Source of the DNA: Patescibacteria group bacterium
Lineage (GTDB): Bacteria; Patescibacteriota; Minisyncoccia; Phycocordibacterales; DATDWN01
NCBI GenBank assembly: GCA_040389125.1
Contig: JAZKAN010000006.1
Span: 1-50,010, forward strand
Direction: 5' to 3'
Length of the DNA stretch: 50,010 nt
The position numbers and the translations under genes were made by a program. The notes below the pieces were generated by a model, which saw only the letters and a list, made by a program, of their open reading frames with translations, was not told where the DNA came from and searched no databases. Positions 9,985-19,680 of the stretch are shown in pieces. The first letter of the stretch is position 1. Each line of letters starts with the position of its first letter.

Positions 9985-10785
9985 ATGGCACATCGGTGGA
10001 CAAAAATTGAGGAAAACAAAATTCGTTCGGAATTAATAAATTTGTACGTTACTGAAAATAAAACACTGAACGAAGTTTCGGTAATATTGGGAATTTCGGA
10101 GTCAACTGTTTTTCAGAGGTTGAGCAGACTAGGCATAAAGTCTCAACCGTATCTGAAACCAAATTATTTAAGAAAACCGAAAGATGTTCAACTTCCAAAA
10201 AAATATTCCGAGGATTTGGCTGAGTTTTTTGGAATTATGCTTGGTGATGGACACGTTAGTCACTTTCAAGTTGTTGTAAGTCTGGGCAATAAAGAAGTGT
10301 CTTATGCTGAGTATGTACGTTTATTTGTGAGAAGTATTTTTCATACAAATGTAAGAATTGCTACCAGAAAAACCGGATATCGGGATGTGTATTTTGGTTC
10401 AACGATTGTTACTTCATGGTTACGAAAAGAAGGATTGGTTAATAATAAAGTTAAATCTCAAGTTGATATTCCTGAATGGATTTTTCAGAGTCAGGAATTT
10501 ATGGAACGGTTTTTAAGAGGGTTTTTTGATACGGATGGATCTGTATATAAGTTACGATTTGGGATTCAGATTTCTCTTACAAATCTATCCACTCCATTAC
10601 TTGTCTCTTTACGTAAACTTCTTTTTGCGTTAGGATATAATCCATCAGAGATAAGTGCTGATAGGGTTTATCTTACGAGGGTCGCGGATGTCGAGCGTTT
10701 CTTTGTTGAAATACAACCAAAGAACAAAAAACATCAGGAGAGGTATAATCAATTTATCTCTAAATTAAGTGGGCAAAATGCGTAG
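9985..10785 (+). CDS. Free-standing double-motif LAGLIDADG endonuclease with N-terminal HTH
   Basis: LAEFFGIMLGDG and FLRGFFDTDG motifs; HTH KTLNEVSVILGISESTVFQRL; start at 9985 supported by TATAAT 9973-9978; stop codon lies inside tRNA-Tyr. Confidence 0.9.
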   Translation: MAHRWTKIEENKIRSELINLYVTENKTLNEVSVILGISESTVFQRLSRLGIKSQPYLKPNYLRKPKDVQLPKKYSEDLAEFFGIMLGDGHVSHFQVVVSLGNKEVSYAEYVRLFVRSIFHTNVRIATRKTGYRDVYFGSTIVTSWLRKEGLVNNKVKSQVDIPEWIFQSQEFMERFLRGFFDTDGSVYKLRFGIQISLTNLSTPLLVSLRKLLFALGYNPSEISADRVYLTRVADVERFFVEIQPKNKKHQERYNQFISKLSGQNA

Positions 10786-10863
10786 ATCGGATAGTGGCTA
10801 TTCCAGGAGACTGTAAATCTCCCGCCTTCAATGGCATCGGGGGTTCGAGTCCCTCTCTACGCA
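10780..10863 (+). tRNA. tRNA-Tyr(GTA)
   Basis: GCGTAGA/TCTACGC acceptor stem, GGAGA-CTGTAAA-TCTCC anticodon arm, long variable arm, GGTTCGAGTCC. Confidence 0.95.
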
Positions 10864-10922
10864 CAATAGTTGCTTTTTTCCTGCATTTTAGGTATGCTAC
10901 AGAGTACTTAAATATAAACAAT

Positions 10923-11078
10923 ATGTCACAAGACCGATTAATTCCACTGCGAAACAAAGCCACTGGCGAAGTATACTGGACTTCAAAAAACAAGAAGAAA
11001 GTTGAGCGAAAAATAGAGCTCAAGAAGTACAGTAAAAAACTCCGAAAAAGAGTTACATTCAAGGAAGCAAAGAAATAA
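10923..11078 (+). CDS. rpmG: 50S ribosomal protein L33 (Cys-free type)
   Basis: YWTSKNKKKVERKIELKKYSKKLRKRVTFKE. Confidence 0.9.
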   Translation: MSQDRLIPLRNKATGEVYWTSKNKKKVERKIELKKYSKKLRKRVTFKEAKK

Positions 11079-11113
11079 AACAAAAACCACCGTATGGTGG
11101 TTTTTGTTTTATT
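11074..11113. terminator. Bidirectional terminator rpmG / tRNA-Trp
   Basis: 18-bp perfect IR AATAAAACAAAAACCACC/GGTGGTTTTTGTTTTATT. Confidence 0.85.
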
Positions 11114-11186
11114 GGCGGGAGATGGAGGAATCGAACCCCCGACAAGGCGTTTGGAGTGCCTCGTTATACCACTTAACTAATCTCCC
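11113..11186 (-). tRNA. tRNA-Trp(CCA)
   Basis: Reverse complement GGGAGAT...AGGCA-CTCCAAA-CGCCT...GGTTCGATTCC...ATCTCCC-G-CCA. Confidence 0.93.
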
Positions 11187-11247
11187 TTATTGAACTCATG
11201 CTATCACATATTTCTAACATTTAAAAACGACACGCCCGACTCCTTTT

Positions 11248-11451
11248 TCAGGAGGCGGGCGGTTGGTGTGGGGTGTGGATGACAAGTGTCACATCCCCAC
11301 GATTTACGTAAGTGACAGTGCATTGTTTAAAGTGCAAGTCGTAGACATCGTGGATTTCACAAAACCCATCCGAGTCAGTTGAAGGAACTCCACAAACACG
11401 ACAGGAACTGTTATCTATCGGATGGAGAGCAGGTTGTACATTGGTAGCCAT
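11248..11451 (-). CDS. Small Cys/His-rich hypothetical protein (putative zinc finger)
   Basis: GAAGGAGG SD 5 nt before ATG; CRVC...FCEIH; own TTGAGA-17-TTTAAT promoter; hairpin 11233-11261. Confidence 0.6.
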   Translation of the reverse strand: MATNVQPALHPIDNSSCRVCGVPSTDSDGFCEIHDVYDLHFKQCTVTYVNRGDVTLVIHTPHQPPAS

Positions 11452-11474
11452 AGCCACCTCCTTCGTACATTAAA

Positions 11475-12743
11475 TCACATACCCAAAATCTTCTCAACTT
11501 TAACACCACGTGAACCTTTTAGGAGGAATGTGTATCCGGTAAAGTTCTGACAATCAAACCACACTTTTGTAGAGTCAGAGTCGGGAAACCAATTATGCTG
11601 AAAGGATGTATTTTGTAGAGCAACCTCGAAATTTTTTCCGATAAAAATTATTGAATCAAGTTTTTGACTGGCAATGTAATCTACTATTTTTTTGTGTTCG
11701 ATTTCTGAGTATTTTCCAAGTTCTAACATGTCTCCAAGTACGACACCGCACGGATGTTGTGCAGATGATATAAAACTTTCAAGTGACAACATCATACTAG
11801 TTGGATTTGCATTGTAACAATCTACAATATAATTTATATTATTTTTGGTAACAAATTCAGATCGTTTTGAAGATGGCGTGTAATTGCAAATTGCAGTGAG
11901 CCCAGTATTAGTATCAATAGTAAAATAATTTCCGACTACAATCGCTAGATTTATATTAATTAGATTATAGTCTCCTGCAAGATGAGTTTTGTATATTTTA
12001 TTTTCAAATGTGATTGTAAGAGGTAAGGATTCAACAATTTCAAAACTTCCTGAGCCGTACCAATGAATTACATTTCCTTCGGAATCTTCCACTAAATCTG
12101 TCTGGTTTTTATCAACAAACACCTCACATTTATTTCCTCGTGCCCAGTCATATATCTCTTTATTAGCTTGTCGCGATCCTTCTGGTGATCCAAAACCTTC
12201 AAGGTGGTCCATACCATTGTTAGTAACCACCACATGTGTAGGTTGTAGAATCTGAAGTAAGTCTAGATGCTCGTGTGGATGATTTGCGCCAATTTCAAAT
12301 ACTGCGATTTCTGTGTCTCTCGGCATTGAGAGAATTGAAAGCGGTACACCTATATGGTTGTTCAAACTTCCGTGAGTTGCGTGCACATTGTATTTTGTTT
12401 TGAGAACATCACGAGTTAGTTCCTTGCTGGTTGTTTTGCCGTTTGAACCACCAATTGCAATGAGTGGAATGGTAAACAGTTTGCGATATTCCTGAGCGAC
12501 AGACTGTAGAGTTTTGACAACATCAGAAACAAGGATAACATTTTCGGTTGTGGCATATAGAGGATTTTGTGTTACTACTGCCAAAGCACCCTTTTCTAAT
12601 GCATTTATTGTAAATGCGCTCCCATCAAATGTCTCCCCAGGTATTGCAAAAAAAACCGTCTCAGCAATATTGCCACGAGTGTCTGTGGAGACACTATAAT
12701 TACACTTTTTCAAAATTGTAATAATCTGATCCAGTTTGCTCAT
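11475..12743 (-). CDS. murF: UDP-MurNAc-tripeptide:D-Ala-D-Ala ligase
   Basis: STDTR, GSNGKTTSKE, NNHIGVP, DCYNANPTSM, LGDMLELG, LKGSRG. Confidence 0.95.
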   Translation of the reverse strand: MSKLDQIITILKKCNYSVSTDTRGNIAETVFFAIPGETFDGSAFTINALEKGALAVVTQNPLYATTENVILVSDVVKTLQSVAQEYRKLFTIPLIAIGGSNGKTTSKELTRDVLKTKYNVHATHGSLNNHIGVPLSILSMPRDTEIAVFEIGANHPHEHLDLLQILQPTHVVVTNNGMDHLEGFGSPEGSRQANKEIYDWARGNKCEVFVDKNQTDLVEDSEGNVIHWYGSGSFEIVESLPLTITFENKIYKTHLAGDYNLININLAIVVGNYFTIDTNTGLTAICNYTPSSKRSEFVTKNNINYIVDCYNANPTSMMLSLESFISSAQHPCGVVLGDMLELGKYSEIEHKKIVDYIASQKLDSIIFIGKNFEVALQNTSFQHNWFPDSDSTKVWFDCQNFTGYTFLLKGSRGVKVEKILGM

Positions 12744-12755
12744 ATATTACACATA

Positions 12756-13649
12756 CTAATTCAAATTAAACCATTTCGCTACTGTCTTCTCAATTTTTTC
12801 CTTCTCACTTGGATTATACCAATTGATATTTTTATCCCTTTTGAACCATGTCATTTGGCGACGGGCATAGCTCCAGATCTCTGATTCGAGATGTTGGAAA
12901 AATTCTGTTTTTGATATTTTGTTTTGAGCCAGTTGTGCCAAGTAGCGATATTCGAGTCCAAGTTCCTGCATGCGTTTCCAGGATAGGCCAGAATCATGCA
13001 GTTTTTTAGATTCCTTAGCCATACCAACTTTCATGCGAGCCAATAAGCGATCGCGAATCCGCTTTTTAAGTTCTTCGTCTGGTTGCGTCAATCCGATTTG
13101 CAGAATGTTATACGAATTTTTTTGTTTGCGGAGTTTCGGTACAGTTCCAAGGGTCTTGGCGATTTCGAGAGCACGAATAAGACGTACAGGATTGTGTGCA
13201 TCAACAGTTCTAGCGCGCTCAGGATCAATTTTCTCTAGCATTTTGAAAAGTTCGACAACGCTTTTTCCACCAAGGTTTCTTCGCAGCAAGGTATTTGGTG
13301 GTACTTCTGGTAGTACAACATTGTCCACAATTGACTGAATATAGAATCCTGTTCCACCACAGATGATAGGGAGTTTGCCACGCGACAAAATGTCCCGAAT
13401 TGCAGTATCTGCCTGCTCACGCCACTCTGCAACACTGAACACTTTTTTCGGTGATACAACATCGAGGAGGTGATGCCTCACTCCGAACATTTCTTTTTTT
13501 GTTATTTTACCCGTTCCAATATCGAGCCCAATGTACACCTGACGTGAGTCAGCAGAAATTACCTCGCCATTGAATTTCTGTGCGAGCTGTACAGCGAGAT
13601 CGCTTTTGCCTGTGGCAGTCTGCCCGAGAATGACGAGGATTTTAGGCAT
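12756..13649 (-). CDS. miaA: tRNA dimethylallyltransferase
   Basis: GQTATGKS, SADSRQVY...DIGTGK, GGTGFYI, YARRQMTWF. Confidence 0.96.
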   Translation of the reverse strand: MPKILVILGQTATGKSDLAVQLAQKFNGEVISADSRQVYIGLDIGTGKITKKEMFGVRHHLLDVVSPKKVFSVAEWREQADTAIRDILSRGKLPIICGGTGFYIQSIVDNVVLPEVPPNTLLRRNLGGKSVVELFKMLEKIDPERARTVDAHNPVRLIRALEIAKTLGTVPKLRKQKNSYNILQIGLTQPDEELKKRIRDRLLARMKVGMAKESKKLHDSGLSWKRMQELGLEYRYLAQLAQNKISKTEFFQHLESEIWSYARRQMTWFKRDKNINWYNPSEKEKIEKTVAKWFNLN

Positions 13650-13665
13650 ATGTAATTACAGATAT

Positions 13666-13809
13666 TGTGCCGGAGGAGGGAATCTTGACTACATTTTTTG
13701 CTCGTCGTCACTCACAAAAAATCTAGTCGGCGGATTTTCGACATCGCGTGTTCGCGACGTAAACCGAAAATCCGTTCAAGCCCCTCCCACAAAGCTTCGC
13801 TTTGTTTCC
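13666..13809 (-). repeat. tRNA-3'-derived structured element (direct plus inverted copy of the tRNA-Leu 3' end)
   Basis: TGTGCCGGAGGAGGGA at 13666-13681 and 13810-13825; GTTCAAGCCCCTCC 13774-13787 is inverted (13/14) to 13819-13832; two internal hairpins. Confidence 0.85.
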
Positions 13810-13811
13810 TG

Positions 13812-13895
13812 TGCCGGAGGAGGGACTTGAACCCTCACGAGCTTGCGCCCACAGCATTTTGAGTGCTGCATGTTTACCAATTACATCACTCCGGC
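13812..13895 (-). tRNA. tRNA-Leu(CAA)
   Basis: Reverse complement GCCGGAG...CAGCA-CTCAAAA-TGCTG...GGTTCAAGTCCCTC-CTCCGGC-A. Confidence 0.95.
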
Positions 13896-13975
13896 AATTC
13901 ATCAAATCCTATCCTCTTTTTCCAAAAAAATCAATTTTGTGATAAAATTCGGTCATACTTTTTATATGATATTTT

Positions 13976-15040
13976 ATGTCTCAATTTTATAACGACTCTA
14001 TATTCTGGATTGATGTTGAAAAGATAAGCCCAAACCCGTTTCAACCGAGACGTGAGTTTGATGAGATGCAACTACAATCTCTCGCGGATTCTATACGTCA
14101 GTACGGAGTCCTACAGGCTCTTGTGGTGACTCGCAAGGAGGTTGAAAAAGACGACGGAGGACTCGCGGTGCAGTATGAGCTCATAGCAGGTGAGAGACGT
14201 TTGCGTGCGTCGAAACTGGCAGGACTGACACAGGTACCAGTTCTCATAAAAGTTGGTGACGAGGCAAACGACCTCATGAAACTCGAACTTGCAATTATCG
14301 AGAACATTCAGCGTGAGGATTTAAATCCGGTTGACCGTGCACGTGCGTTCGAGAGACTTTCAACAGAGTTTGGATTCAAACATATCGCCATTGCAGAAAA
14401 AGTGGGCAAAAGTCGTGAGTATGTTTCGAACACGCTTCGCCTCCTCATGCTTCCTCCAGAAATTCTCGATGCGCTCAGTCAGGGTAAAATATCCGAAGGA
14501 CATTCGAGGCCTCTCATGATGCTCAGCGATCGTCCTGACGAACAGAATACTGTGTTCAAGGAGATCATGTTCAAGAAACTTTCTGTACGCGAGACGGAAG
14601 CAATCGCGCGTCGTATTGCATATGACAAGATTCGCAAGAAGGGTGCAATTTTGGATCCGGAAACTCAGGAACTGGAGGAGAAACTAACAGAGACTCTTGG
14701 TACCCGTGTCTCTATTGAAAAACGTGAAAATGGTGGCAAGATTCTGATTGATTTCTTTTCTGCAGATGATCTTCGTGGAATTTTGGATCTTATTAAAACC
14801 AACAAAAAAGCATCATCTCCTACAGAAATGATGGATCGGCACATAGAGGCAAACCCGATTCCACCAGTCAACGGGTGGATACCCAACTATGCAGAGTCAA
14901 AACCGGAAATAGTCGAAATGAGTCTCGAAGATATTAAAAATGCAAATAAAAATGTGGACGATAGGTTGCCGGAGGAAATAAAAAAAGAGGAAAATACGGA
15001 TACGGATGAGATGTATTCGATCAAGAATTTCAGTATCTAA
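13976..15040 (+). CDS. parB: ParB/Spo0J partition protein with acidic C-terminal extension
   Basis: PNPFQPRREF, LIAGERRLRA, IIENIQREDLNP, GKSREYVSNTLRL. Confidence 0.93.
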   Translation: MSQFYNDSIFWIDVEKISPNPFQPRREFDEMQLQSLADSIRQYGVLQALVVTRKEVEKDDGGLAVQYELIAGERRLRASKLAGLTQVPVLIKVGDEANDLMKLELAIIENIQREDLNPVDRARAFERLSTEFGFKHIAIAEKVGKSREYVSNTLRLLMLPPEILDALSQGKISEGHSRPLMMLSDRPDEQNTVFKEIMFKKLSVRETEAIARRIAYDKIRKKGAILDPETQELEEKLTETLGTRVSIEKRENGGKILIDFFSADDLRGILDLIKTNKKASSPTEMMDRHIEANPIPPVNGWIPNYAESKPEIVEMSLEDIKNANKNVDDRLPEEIKKEENTDTDEMYSIKNFSI

Positions 15041-15178
15041 ATTTCAAATCTCGTTGAGTGCACTTGCTGTGTAGGCGCATCACGGAGTCCGTGTAGAGAC
15101 GAGTGCGAGGAAAATTTTCAGCAGAAAATTATTCCGGCGACTACACAGCAAGTGCCGAGAAAGAGATTTGAAATTTAG
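15037..15178 (+). repeat. Family-1 three-way-junction palindromic element, copy A
   Basis: 16-bp outer and 15-bp inner perfect stems around the 66-nt core 15075-15140. Confidence 0.9.
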
Positions 15179-16708
15179 TTACTTCTTCTCTTTCTCAAGA
15201 AAAGCACGAATGTGTCGTTTTGCCATTGTAGTTTTACAGTAGTCAATCCACTTGCGATTTGGCTTTGAGTTTTTCTTTGTATCAATCTCTACTCGATCAC
15301 CGTTTTTGAGTGTGGTGTAGATTGCCACAAACTTCCCATTAACTTTTGCTCCCACGACATGCAGCCCGATAACAGAGTGAACAGCAAATGCAAAATCAAT
15401 TACTGATGAATCAATGGGCAGATCGATCACATCACCTTTAGGAGTAAACACAAAAATTCTTTCTTCAAAAAAGTCTGTCTTTACCTCGTCGAGAAATTCA
15501 TCTTCCCCGATATCTTTTTGATATTCTACAAGTTCCTTGACCCATTTTGGCACATCGTCGAGGTTCAGAGTTGATTTAATTTTTCCAGCATTTTCGTTCC
15601 AATTTTCAGTAACGGGTAGAATTTTCTTTACCCACAGCAAACTCGGGTTTGTTATTTTTTGTTTTTTTGGATTTTGCTGATTTTGTTTATATGAAATATG
15701 TGATGCAATACCATACTCTGCTTCTTGGGACATCTCCGGAGTTTTTATTTGCACCTCGATTATTCCACCGTCACCAGTAAAAATCGTGGTATGCAGAGAC
15801 TGATAGCCGTTTGGTTTTGGAAAAGCAATATAGTCTTTGATGCGACCAGGTAGCGGTCGCCAGTTACTATGAATAATTCCAAGTACACGGTAGCAGTCAG
15901 CGACAGTTGGTACGATAACGCGGAGTGCAGATATGTCATGTACTTTGTCGATATCTTTTCTCTGTAGTTTTTTGTACAGACTATACAATCCCTTGAGGCG
16001 ATATTCTGTTTTAAAATTCGTCACCTCATTTTTTGCAAGTTCTTTTTTGAGAGTTTTTGTAAATTTTTCAAGAGCTTCTATTTCTGCACCTTGTCTCTGT
16101 TTTACCAGATTTGCCACTTCTGCATACTCTTTTGGAAGCACGAATTTGAACGCGAGATCCTCGAGCTCACGATTGAGTTTTCTGATTCCGAGGCGGTAGG
16201 CGATAGGTGCATAGATTTCGAGTGTCTCTGTCGCAATGCGCAGTTGCTTCTCGACCGGCACATACTCGAGCGTTTGCATATTGTGTAGACGATCACAGAG
16301 TTTGATAATGAGCACACGAATATCCTGCGACATTGCCACAAAAAGTTTACGGAGACTTTCCGTATGGTGTTTACCCGTACCACGATACTTTATTTTTCCA
16401 AGCTTGGTCACTCCCTCGACAAGAAACCGAATTTCCTTGCCAAACTCCTTTTCAATTTCCTCGGCAGAAACAGGCACATCTTCAATAGTGTCATGTAGGA
16501 ACCCTGCAGAAATAGTCGTCGCACCCATACCAAGATCCGCAAGATTTTTGGCAGTAGCAAAAAGATGATTGAAATACGGCTCGCCACTTTTTCTTTTTTG
16601 CTCCCCATGCGCCTTGGCAGCAAAATCATACGCCTTGCGTACTAATGCCATATCGCTATCCGTCGGATTGTGGAGTAATGAGATTATCTGTTGAATATCG
16701 TTTGCCAT
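15179..16708 (-). CDS. RelA/SpoT (p)ppGpp synthetase/hydrolase (HD-SYNTH-TGS)
   Basis: QKRKSGEPYFNH, LHDTIED, IKLCDRLHNM, KPNGYQSLHT, VFTPKGDV; probable start MANDI (TATAAT 6 nt upstream). Confidence 0.93.
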   Translation of the reverse strand: MANDIQQIISLLHNPTDSDMALVRKAYDFAAKAHGEQKRKSGEPYFNHLFATAKNLADLGMGATTISAGFLHDTIEDVPVSAEEIEKEFGKEIRFLVEGVTKLGKIKYRGTGKHHTESLRKLFVAMSQDIRVLIIKLCDRLHNMQTLEYVPVEKQLRIATETLEIYAPIAYRLGIRKLNRELEDLAFKFVLPKEYAEVANLVKQRQGAEIEALEKFTKTLKKELAKNEVTNFKTEYRLKGLYSLYKKLQRKDIDKVHDISALRVIVPTVADCYRVLGIIHSNWRPLPGRIKDYIAFPKPNGYQSLHTTIFTGDGGIIEVQIKTPEMSQEAEYGIASHISYKQNQQNPKKQKITNPSLLWVKKILPVTENWNENAGKIKSTLNLDDVPKWVKELVEYQKDIGEDEFLDEVKTDFFEERIFVFTPKGDVIDLPIDSSVIDFAFAVHSVIGLHVVGAKVNGKFVAIYTTLKNGDRVEIDTKKNSKPNRKWIDYCKTTMAKRHIRAFLEKEKK

Positions 16709-16748
16709 ATTCTGATTATACATACAAAGTGGTTGTTTGGAGAGGGGA

Positions 16749-16777
16749 TTGACAAACGACTCCAATGGGTGTATAAT
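16749..16777 (+). promoter_or_regulatory. Consensus sigma70 promoter of ORFan 16802
   Basis: TTGACA-17 nt-TATAAT, then AGGAG. Confidence 0.8.
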
Positions 16778-16801
16778 ACCATATAGGAGAGTACTCTACA
16801 C

Positions 16802-17134
16802 ATGACAAGCGAATCGAAAAGGATTTTTGTTATTTGTGCAGTTTTTGGTAGTCTTATCGGATTCTGTGCGACAAAAATGTTTGCGTATCAGCTGGAGATT
16901 TCCGGCTATCGCACACAAATTCAAGAAGTTTGTCGTACCTTCGAAGAAGTATCCGACTGGGTTCCTGCTGGAAAGCAGGAGGTCAAAATCTCATGCATTG
17001 ACAGTTCGTCCAGAAACGAGATTGTAATCCGTCTTTGGGGTGTAGATCACAACCAACCGATAATTGGGTATGTGATTGAAAGGGATGGGCGTAGGGAACC
17101 ATTCAAATCCCTGGACTTTCAATTGAAGAAGTAA
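16802..17134 (+). CDS. Hypothetical exported/membrane-anchored small protein
   Basis: N-terminal hydrophobic helix; own promoter, SD and hairpin terminator (~17138-17175). Confidence 0.65.
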   Translation: MTSESKRIFVICAVFGSLIGFCATKMFAYQLEISGYRTQIQEVCRTFEEVSDWVPAGKQEVKISCIDSSSRNEIVIRLWGVDHNQPIIGYVIERDGRREPFKSLDFQLKK

Positions 17135-17209
17135 TTTTCCCGCCAGCACGGCAGAAAGACTGTCGCTCGGCGGGATTTCTGTTTACAAATTTAAATAATA
17201 GAATCACCA

Positions 17210-17378
17210 CTAAACAAATTTCACTCATACATTTTCAGAGCATCCGCAGACCTTGAGCATGGTTTTGTCAAAGTCCCGAGTATTCTCGGGTTCATTGACA
17301 AATCAAGGTCGAGGACCGAAAAAACCTTTCGCAGGAAAGGTTTTTGTCTCTGAAAATGTATGAGTGAAATTTGTTTAG
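17210..17378 (+). repeat. Family-2 three-way-junction palindromic element, copy D
   Basis: 31-bp perfect terminal IR enclosing CATCCGCA-[stem]-GAGGACCGAA-[stem, GCAG loop]-TGT. Confidence 0.9.
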
Positions 17379-17381
17379 GAG

Positions 17382-19646
17382 TTACTCAGCTTTCTTTTTC
17401 TTTGCGAACCCTCGCTTCTTTTTCTCCTGTGCAAAAATCTCGAGAGCACGAGGAAGTTCGATCGTATACACATCATCATCCTTGAGTGATCGGAAATCCT
17501 TTTGATGTACAACATACGGACCAAACATTCCAATATTCGCAGTTATCTTTTCTCCCGTATCCGGATGAACACCCAGCACACGAGGCAAAGTCAAATACTT
17601 GAGCGCATCCTGTAGCGTAATCGTCTCCGGATCCTTGCCCTTTGGCACACTCGCCATTTTTGGCTTTGGTAGTTTTACTGCTTTTGGCTTTTTGATTTTC
17701 TTTCCGTTTTCATCAAACTCGGGTACAGCTTTTGCAGATGACTTTTTCGGCATTTCACCGAGCTGTACATACGGACCATATCTGCCGATGAGCACAAAAA
17801 TAGGCAGTCCCGTTTCCGGATCAATTCCGACTGGTTCATCTTTTTTAATTTCCTTGCCTTCCATGGTTAGTGCTCCCTCGCAGTCTGGATATCGAGCGCA
17901 TGATAGAAATTTACCACCACGAGAAAGCTTAATAATCATTTTGCCACCACACACAGGGCATTTGAATTTTGGATCAGCATCACCAAGGTTTGTGACCTTG
18001 TCCATTTTCTCTTTGCTTTTGACCTCGGCAAGAAATGGCTTGTAAAACGTCTTGAGCATTTTTGCATATTCCTCTTTGCCTTCTGCGATAAGGTCGAGAC
18101 GGTCTTCCATGTCGGCAGTAAAACTGTCACTGATATATCCGCCGAAATTGGCTTCGAGAAAACTAGACACAACATCTCCGGTGTCAGTAGGCACAAGTGC
18201 CTTGTTTATTTTCTCGACATATCCACGGTCCTCGATTGTTTTAATAATTGAGGCGTATGTCGATGGACGACCAATGCCACGTTTTTCGAGTTCCTTTACG
18301 AGACCTGCCTCAGAATATCGTGTCGGTGGTTCGGTATGTTTTTCCTCGGTTAAAACTTTTTGTAAATCCAAATCTTCTCCCACAGTAACTGGTGGGAGTT
18401 CAACATCCTCGCCACGCGATGGGGGATCTCCGAGAAGCCAGCCGGGAGAAGTGATGCGAGAACCTGTAATAGAAAAGTCAGGAATTTCTTCACCAGGTTT
18501 TGCGTCTTTAATGTTCGCAGTAATTTTCGTACGCAAGGTCTGTGCATCTTTCATCTGTGAACTGACCGCACGTCGCCAGATGAGTGTGTAGAGTTTCTGT
18601 TGCTCATCATTCAGTCCCGCCTTCTCCACATCAAAATGTGTTGGACGTATTGCCTCGTGTGCCTCCTGTGCATTTTTGCTTTTTGCTGAATACGTTCTGA
18701 TCTGCACGTATTCCTTTCCAAATTTCTTCTCGATGACTTGTGTGATCTGACTGAGCGCCATTTGACTGAGGTTCGTTGAGTCAGTACGCATGTATGTAAT
18801 ATGTCCTGCCTCGTATAGTCGCTGTGCAATACCCATCGTACGAGATGGCGCAAACCCGAGTCGTGATGAGGCTGACTGTTGTAGAGTAGAAGTAATAAAC
18901 GGTGCACGTGGAGTTTTCTTTACATCGGATTCTTTTACATCTTTGACTATCCAGGATCCCTTCTCGGCAATAGTCACAATTCGATCCACACTTTTCTGGT
19001 CGAGTGGCTCTTCCTCGCAGATCACTGTAAATGGTACTTTTTTGCTACTCTCTACCTCTGCAGAAATAACCCAAAATGAGTGTGAAATAAATGCACGAAT
19101 TTCTCTTTCGCGTTCCATGACAATGCGGAGTGCGGGTGATTGCACACGACCCGCAGAGAGTCCGTAACGAACTTTTTTCCAGATCAGTCCCGAGAGGTCG
19201 TATCCCACCAGTCTGTCGAGCACACGACGTGCTTCCTGTGCTTGTTTCAGGTTGTCATCAATGTCTCGCGGATGTTGTATTGCCTCTGTCACGGCTTCTT
19301 TTGTGATTTCATGAAATACAACACGCTGTGGGTGTTTGAGTCCGATTGCGTCCGCAATGTGCCACGCGATTGCCTCGCCCTCGCGGTCGGGGTCAGTTGC
19401 AAGTAATACCACACTTGATTCCTTTGCGAGTGATTTTATTTCTGCTACCACTTTTTCCTTGCCCTTGGATATTTCATAGTGAGGCACGAAACCTGCTTCA
19501 ATATCAATTGCTGCTTTGTTTGATTTTGGCAAATCACGAACATGACCCACAGATGCGACCACGGTGTATTCACCATTCAAATATTTTGAAATTGTTTTTG
19601 CTTTTGCGGGGGACTCGACGATGAGTAGTTTCATCTTTTTATTCAT
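17382..19646 (-). CDS. topA: DNA topoisomerase I
   Basis: LIVESPAKAKTI, ATDPDREGEAI, SAGRVQS, ITYMRTDS, GIGRPSTYA; zinc ribbon and Topo_C repeats; probable start MNKKMK. Confidence 0.96.
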   Translation of the reverse strand: MNKKMKLLIVESPAKAKTISKYLNGEYTVVASVGHVRDLPKSNKAAIDIEAGFVPHYEISKGKEKVVAEIKSLAKESSVVLLATDPDREGEAIAWHIADAIGLKHPQRVVFHEITKEAVTEAIQHPRDIDDNLKQAQEARRVLDRLVGYDLSGLIWKKVRYGLSAGRVQSPALRIVMEREREIRAFISHSFWVISAEVESSKKVPFTVICEEEPLDQKSVDRIVTIAEKGSWIVKDVKESDVKKTPRAPFITSTLQQSASSRLGFAPSRTMGIAQRLYEAGHITYMRTDSTNLSQMALSQITQVIEKKFGKEYVQIRTYSAKSKNAQEAHEAIRPTHFDVEKAGLNDEQQKLYTLIWRRAVSSQMKDAQTLRTKITANIKDAKPGEEIPDFSITGSRITSPGWLLGDPPSRGEDVELPPVTVGEDLDLQKVLTEEKHTEPPTRYSEAGLVKELEKRGIGRPSTYASIIKTIEDRGYVEKINKALVPTDTGDVVSSFLEANFGGYISDSFTADMEDRLDLIAEGKEEYAKMLKTFYKPFLAEVKSKEKMDKVTNLGDADPKFKCPVCGGKMIIKLSRGGKFLSCARYPDCEGALTMEGKEIKKDEPVGIDPETGLPIFVLIGRYGPYVQLGEMPKKSSAKAVPEFDENGKKIKKPKAVKLPKPKMASVPKGKDPETITLQDALKYLTLPRVLGVHPDTGEKITANIGMFGPYVVHQKDFRSLKDDDVYTIELPRALEIFAQEKKKRGFAKKKKAE

Positions 19647-19680
19647 GCTGTTGATTATTACTGTAAAAAATATTTTTTGC

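Noticed and set aside
9985-10863. Group I intron or intein hosting the LAGLIDADG ORF
   Set aside because: tRNA-Tyr and clpB are uninterrupted; no intein termini or intron core are seen
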